Assembly: GCA_977017575.1 (NCBI GenBank) | Contig: CDRNVI010000229.1 | Coordinates: 1-25,991 of the forward strand | From: Paramoeba atlantica | Taxonomy: Eukaryota > Protista > Discosea | Direction of reading: 5' to 3' | DNA length: 25,991 bases | In this document: piece by piece, positions 23,334 through 25,991 of the stretch | How the letters are laid out: each line of letters opens with the position of its first letter | Numbering within the stretch: position 1 is the first letter of the stretch | Translations under genes and position numbers: made by a program | The notes under the pieces: model-generated | Told to the model about the DNA's origin: nothing | Databases searched by the model: none | The model's input: only the letters and a program-made list of their open reading frames with translations

Positions 23334-24041
23334 AAGTAAATTATAAAAAATTAAATTTAATAAGAGTTTATAAAAGAGATCTTTGAGGTAGAATAATATT
23401 AAATAGAAAATTATTATTAATTAGAAATTATATTATTAAATTATTAAAAATAAAAAAATTTAAATATAATAAAAGAATAAATTTTTATAGGATTAATAAT
23501 TTTGAGAAACCTGTATATTTTAGAAGAAGAACTAGATATGGTAAATATTTTATTTTACGAAGACAATTTAGAATTTTTTATGGTTTTTTAAGTATTAAAA
23601 ATATAAAAAAAATCATAAAAAAAAGTTTTAAAAAAAAATATGCTTTAAGTTATTTTATTTATATGATGGAATCTAGATTAGATGTATTAGTTTATAGATT
23701 ACATTTAGTTAAAAGTGTTAGATCAGCTAGACAATGAATATTTAATGGTAATATTATTGTTAATAATAATATTATAATTAATCCACAATATAATTTAAAA
23801 AAAAGGTGATATATTAACTTTAAATAAAAAAAAAATATTATATTTTAAAAAAAAATTATATTATAATATAAAAACAAAAAATTGATCTCGAAGTATTATA
23901 CCTAATTATATTGAATATGATTATAATAATTTTGTTTTTAAATTTATAAGTCTTAATATATATGATGTACCTTTTTTTGCTCCGGTTACTTCTTATACTT
24001 TTTTAAATATAATGAATTTTTATACAAGATATTATTTTTAA
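23327..24041 (+). CDS. rps4: Ribosomal protein S4; one apparent frameshift near 23800 (7-A run)
   Basis: FYG, ESRLDVLVYR, SARQWIFNG, VNN...P.Y.LKK-GD, PNYIEYDY; TAA at 24039-24041. Confidence 0.9.
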
Positions 24042-24156
24042 TTTATTAAAATAATAATATCTTTAAACTTGATCTTTTTTTGTTTTGTGTGTTTATTTAT
24101 CGTTATTACACATAAATTTATTATAATAATAATTATGTATTTTAAGATAAATAATT

Positions 24157-25656
24157 ATGGACGCTAATAATCAGCAAAATAATATTTATTTTGGAATTGT
24201 AATTAAAGTTAAGGATGGTATTGCAACAATTAAAGGATTAGAAAACGCTAAAGCAGGAGAAGTTTTAGAATTTTCTAGTGGTGCTAAAGGATTAGCATTA
24301 AACTTAGCTGAAAATGAAATTAGTTCTGTTATTTTTGGTAATGAACAATTAATTAAACAAGGGGTTCGAGTCAAAAATACAGGTAAATTAATGACTATTA
24401 ATATTTCTTCTAAATTATTAGGTAGAGTTATTAATGCTATAGGTGAGCCTATAGATAATGATACAGCTATTGCTGCAACAGAAGTTAAAAATGTTGAGCA
24501 AAAAGCAGTAGGTATTATCGCTAGACAATCTGTTCATGAACCTATGTTAACAGGTATGAAATCTATAGATTCTTTAATTCCTATAGGTCGTGGTCAACGT
24601 GAATTAATTATTGGTGATAGACAAACAGGTAAAACTTCTATAGCTGTCGATACTATTATTAATCAATTAAATTATAATAATAATGTTGATTTTAAAAATG
24701 TTAATTTATATTGTGTTTATGTAGCTATTGGTCAAAAAAAATCAACAGCTGCTAGAATATTTAGTACTTTACAATCATTTCAATCAGCGCAATATACAGT
24801 TATTGTAAGTGCATTTGCTTCTGAATCTGCATCATTACAATATTTAGCACCTTATGTAGGTACTTCTATAAGTGAGTATTTTAGAGATAATAAAAAACAT
24901 TGTGTCATTATATATGATGATTTAACTAAACATGCTGCCGCTTATAGACAAATGTCTTTATTATTAAGAAGACCACCAGGTAGAGAAGCTTATCCAGGAG
25001 ATGTTTTTTATTTACATTCTAGATTATTAGAAAGATCTTCTAAATTATCTACTAAATTAGGTTCAGGTTCAATAACCGGTTTACCTGTTATTGAAACATT
25101 AGAAGGAGATGTTTCGGCTTATATTCCAACTAATGTTATATCTATTACAGATGGTCAAATATTTTTAGATACTGAACAATTTTATTCAGGTATAAGACCA
25201 GCAGTAAGTGTTGGTTTATCGGTTAGTAGAGTTGGTGGAGCTGCACAACCTAAATTAATGAAATCATTAGCAGGTTCTTTAAAGGTTGGTTTAGCCCAAT
25301 TTAGAGAAGTTGAAAGTTTTGCTAGTTTAGGTTGTGATATAGATCCTGTTACTCAACAATTATTAGATCGTGGTTATAGATTAACTGAATTATTTGTACA
25401 AAGTAGATTTAATAATTATTCATTAGATTTATCTTTATTATCAGTTTTTGCAGGTTCTAAAGGTTTTTTTGATAAATTAGCTATAAATAAAATAAATGGT
25501 GTATTTGAAGAAATGGTTTTAGAAAGTAAAAAATTATTTTGATTACCTTTTTTTCAATTTTTAAATGATGTAATTCATCCTGATAAAGTTGGTCTAAATT
25601 ATAACTTTTTAGAAAGTTTTTTAGGCTCTTATAATAAATGATGTATTAATATTTAA
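24157..25656 (+). CDS. atp1: ATP synthase F1 subunit alpha
   Basis: Walker [66 protein letters not shown]. Reads through two TGA(W) codons to TAA at 25654-25656. Confidence 0.98.
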
Positions 25657-25661
25657 AAAAA

Positions 25662-25991
25662 ATGATTAATTTTGTAAATAATATAATTTTTTCAAATTTA
25701 GAGGCAGATTATGCTTTACCTGGACAATTAGGTTTTCAATACCCAGCTAATACTATAGCTCGAGGAATTATTGATTTGCATAATCATATTATGTTTTTTT
25801 TAGTTTTTATTGTTGTATTTACTTTTGCTATGATTTATTTCACTTTAAGTACATTTACAATAAATAATAATAGTAATTTAGAGATTTTTAATAAAGTAAA
25901 AAATTTTTATAATGTAAGAATTTCGCATAATACATTATTAGAAACTCTTTGAATTATAATACCAAGTTTAATATTAATATCTATAGCAATA
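25662..25991 (+). CDS. cox2: Cytochrome c oxidase subunit 2, 5' part (runs off the window)
   Basis: QLGFQYPA, GIIDLHNHIMFFL, HNTLLETLWIIIPSLIL. Confidence 0.95.

Larger units (their letters stand above)
9480..25991 (+). other. Protist mitochondrial DNA segment (translation table 4)
   Basis: Abrupt shift to very high AT; 15 or more mitochondrial genes, all on the + strand with spacers mostly under 40 bp; conserved Trp positions encoded by TGA. Confidence 0.96.

Noticed and set aside
10600-23810. Insertional RNA editing or programmed frameshifting to explain breaks in atp8, nad5, rps2 and rps4
   Set aside because: Only about 4 sites, all in A/T runs and in both directions, whereas myxomycete-type editing would break every gene frequently. 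Not excluded without cDNA, but sequencing error is simpler.
24084-24116. Imperfect 9-bp stem (TTTGTGTGT / ACACATAAA) in the rps4-atp1 spacer
   Set aside because: Short, with a G-U pair and a 15-nt loop; expected by chance in very AT-rich DNA, and not tRNA-like.
19378-24374. ORFs 19378-19584 (-), 20353-20574 (+, off-frame) and 24186-24374 (-)
   Set aside because: Shadows inside nad1, nad4 and atp1.
9480-25991. AT-rich part as a reduced bacterial endosymbiont genome using code 4
   Set aside because: The gene set (atp8 with MPQLD, cob, cox2, nad subunits, isolated rps2/rps4, atp1 without the rest of the atp operon) is mitochondrial, with no bacterial housekeeping genes.
9480-25991. Decayed nuclear copy of mtDNA (NUMT)
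   Set aside because: Most genes are intact over thousands of codons with no nonsense changes; the few breaks are in homopolymers.
9480-25991. Short AAT/TAT/ATT runs and poly-A/T tracts as tandem repeats or a CRISPR array
   Set aside because: These are Asn/Tyr/Ile/Lys/Phe codon runs in AT-biased genes; there is no repeat-spacer periodicity and no cas gene anywhere in the window.
10905-25991. In-frame TGA as selenocysteine or as true stops splitting genes
   Set aside because: TGA aligns with conserved Trp residues, not catalytic Cys.

Overview
This window is a mosaic of three pieces from two very different genomes. (A) 1-~2524 and (B) ~2524-~9480 are gammaproteobacterial DNA (roughly 40% GC by eye, TGA used as stop). 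A carries the 3' end of hflK, then hflC, a DUF2065 gene and purA. B carries the 3' part of recJ, a YqfO/NIF3-like gene, glnE, a zf-CHCC gene, waaF, a 182-bp MITE-like element and an LPS kinase gene, plus an orphan + strand gene tail. (C) ~9480-25991 is a very AT-rich, single-strand-encoded, gene-rich protist mitochondrial genome read with TGA=Trp: unassigned ORF, atp8, cob, atp4-like ORF, nad3, atp6, nad4L, nad5, nad6, nad11, nad1, nad4, nad2, rps2, rps4, atp1 and the 5' part of cox2. Both junctions cut through genes. The bacterial genes carry about 20 frame disruptions (manual count), almost all single-base homopolymer indels, against about 4 in the identified mitochondrial genes. The most economical reading is a chimeric long read or mis-joined contig from a protist (possibly an amoeba) plus a co-sequenced bacterium, not a natural integration, although only read-level data can decide. 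I found no convincing undescribed multi-gene system. The best biological leads are the divergent mitochondrial genome (natural G143A-type cytochrome b, unassigned ORFs, relic nuo adjacencies) and the TA-flanked MITE with an outward-facing extended -10 box upstream of the LPS kinase.
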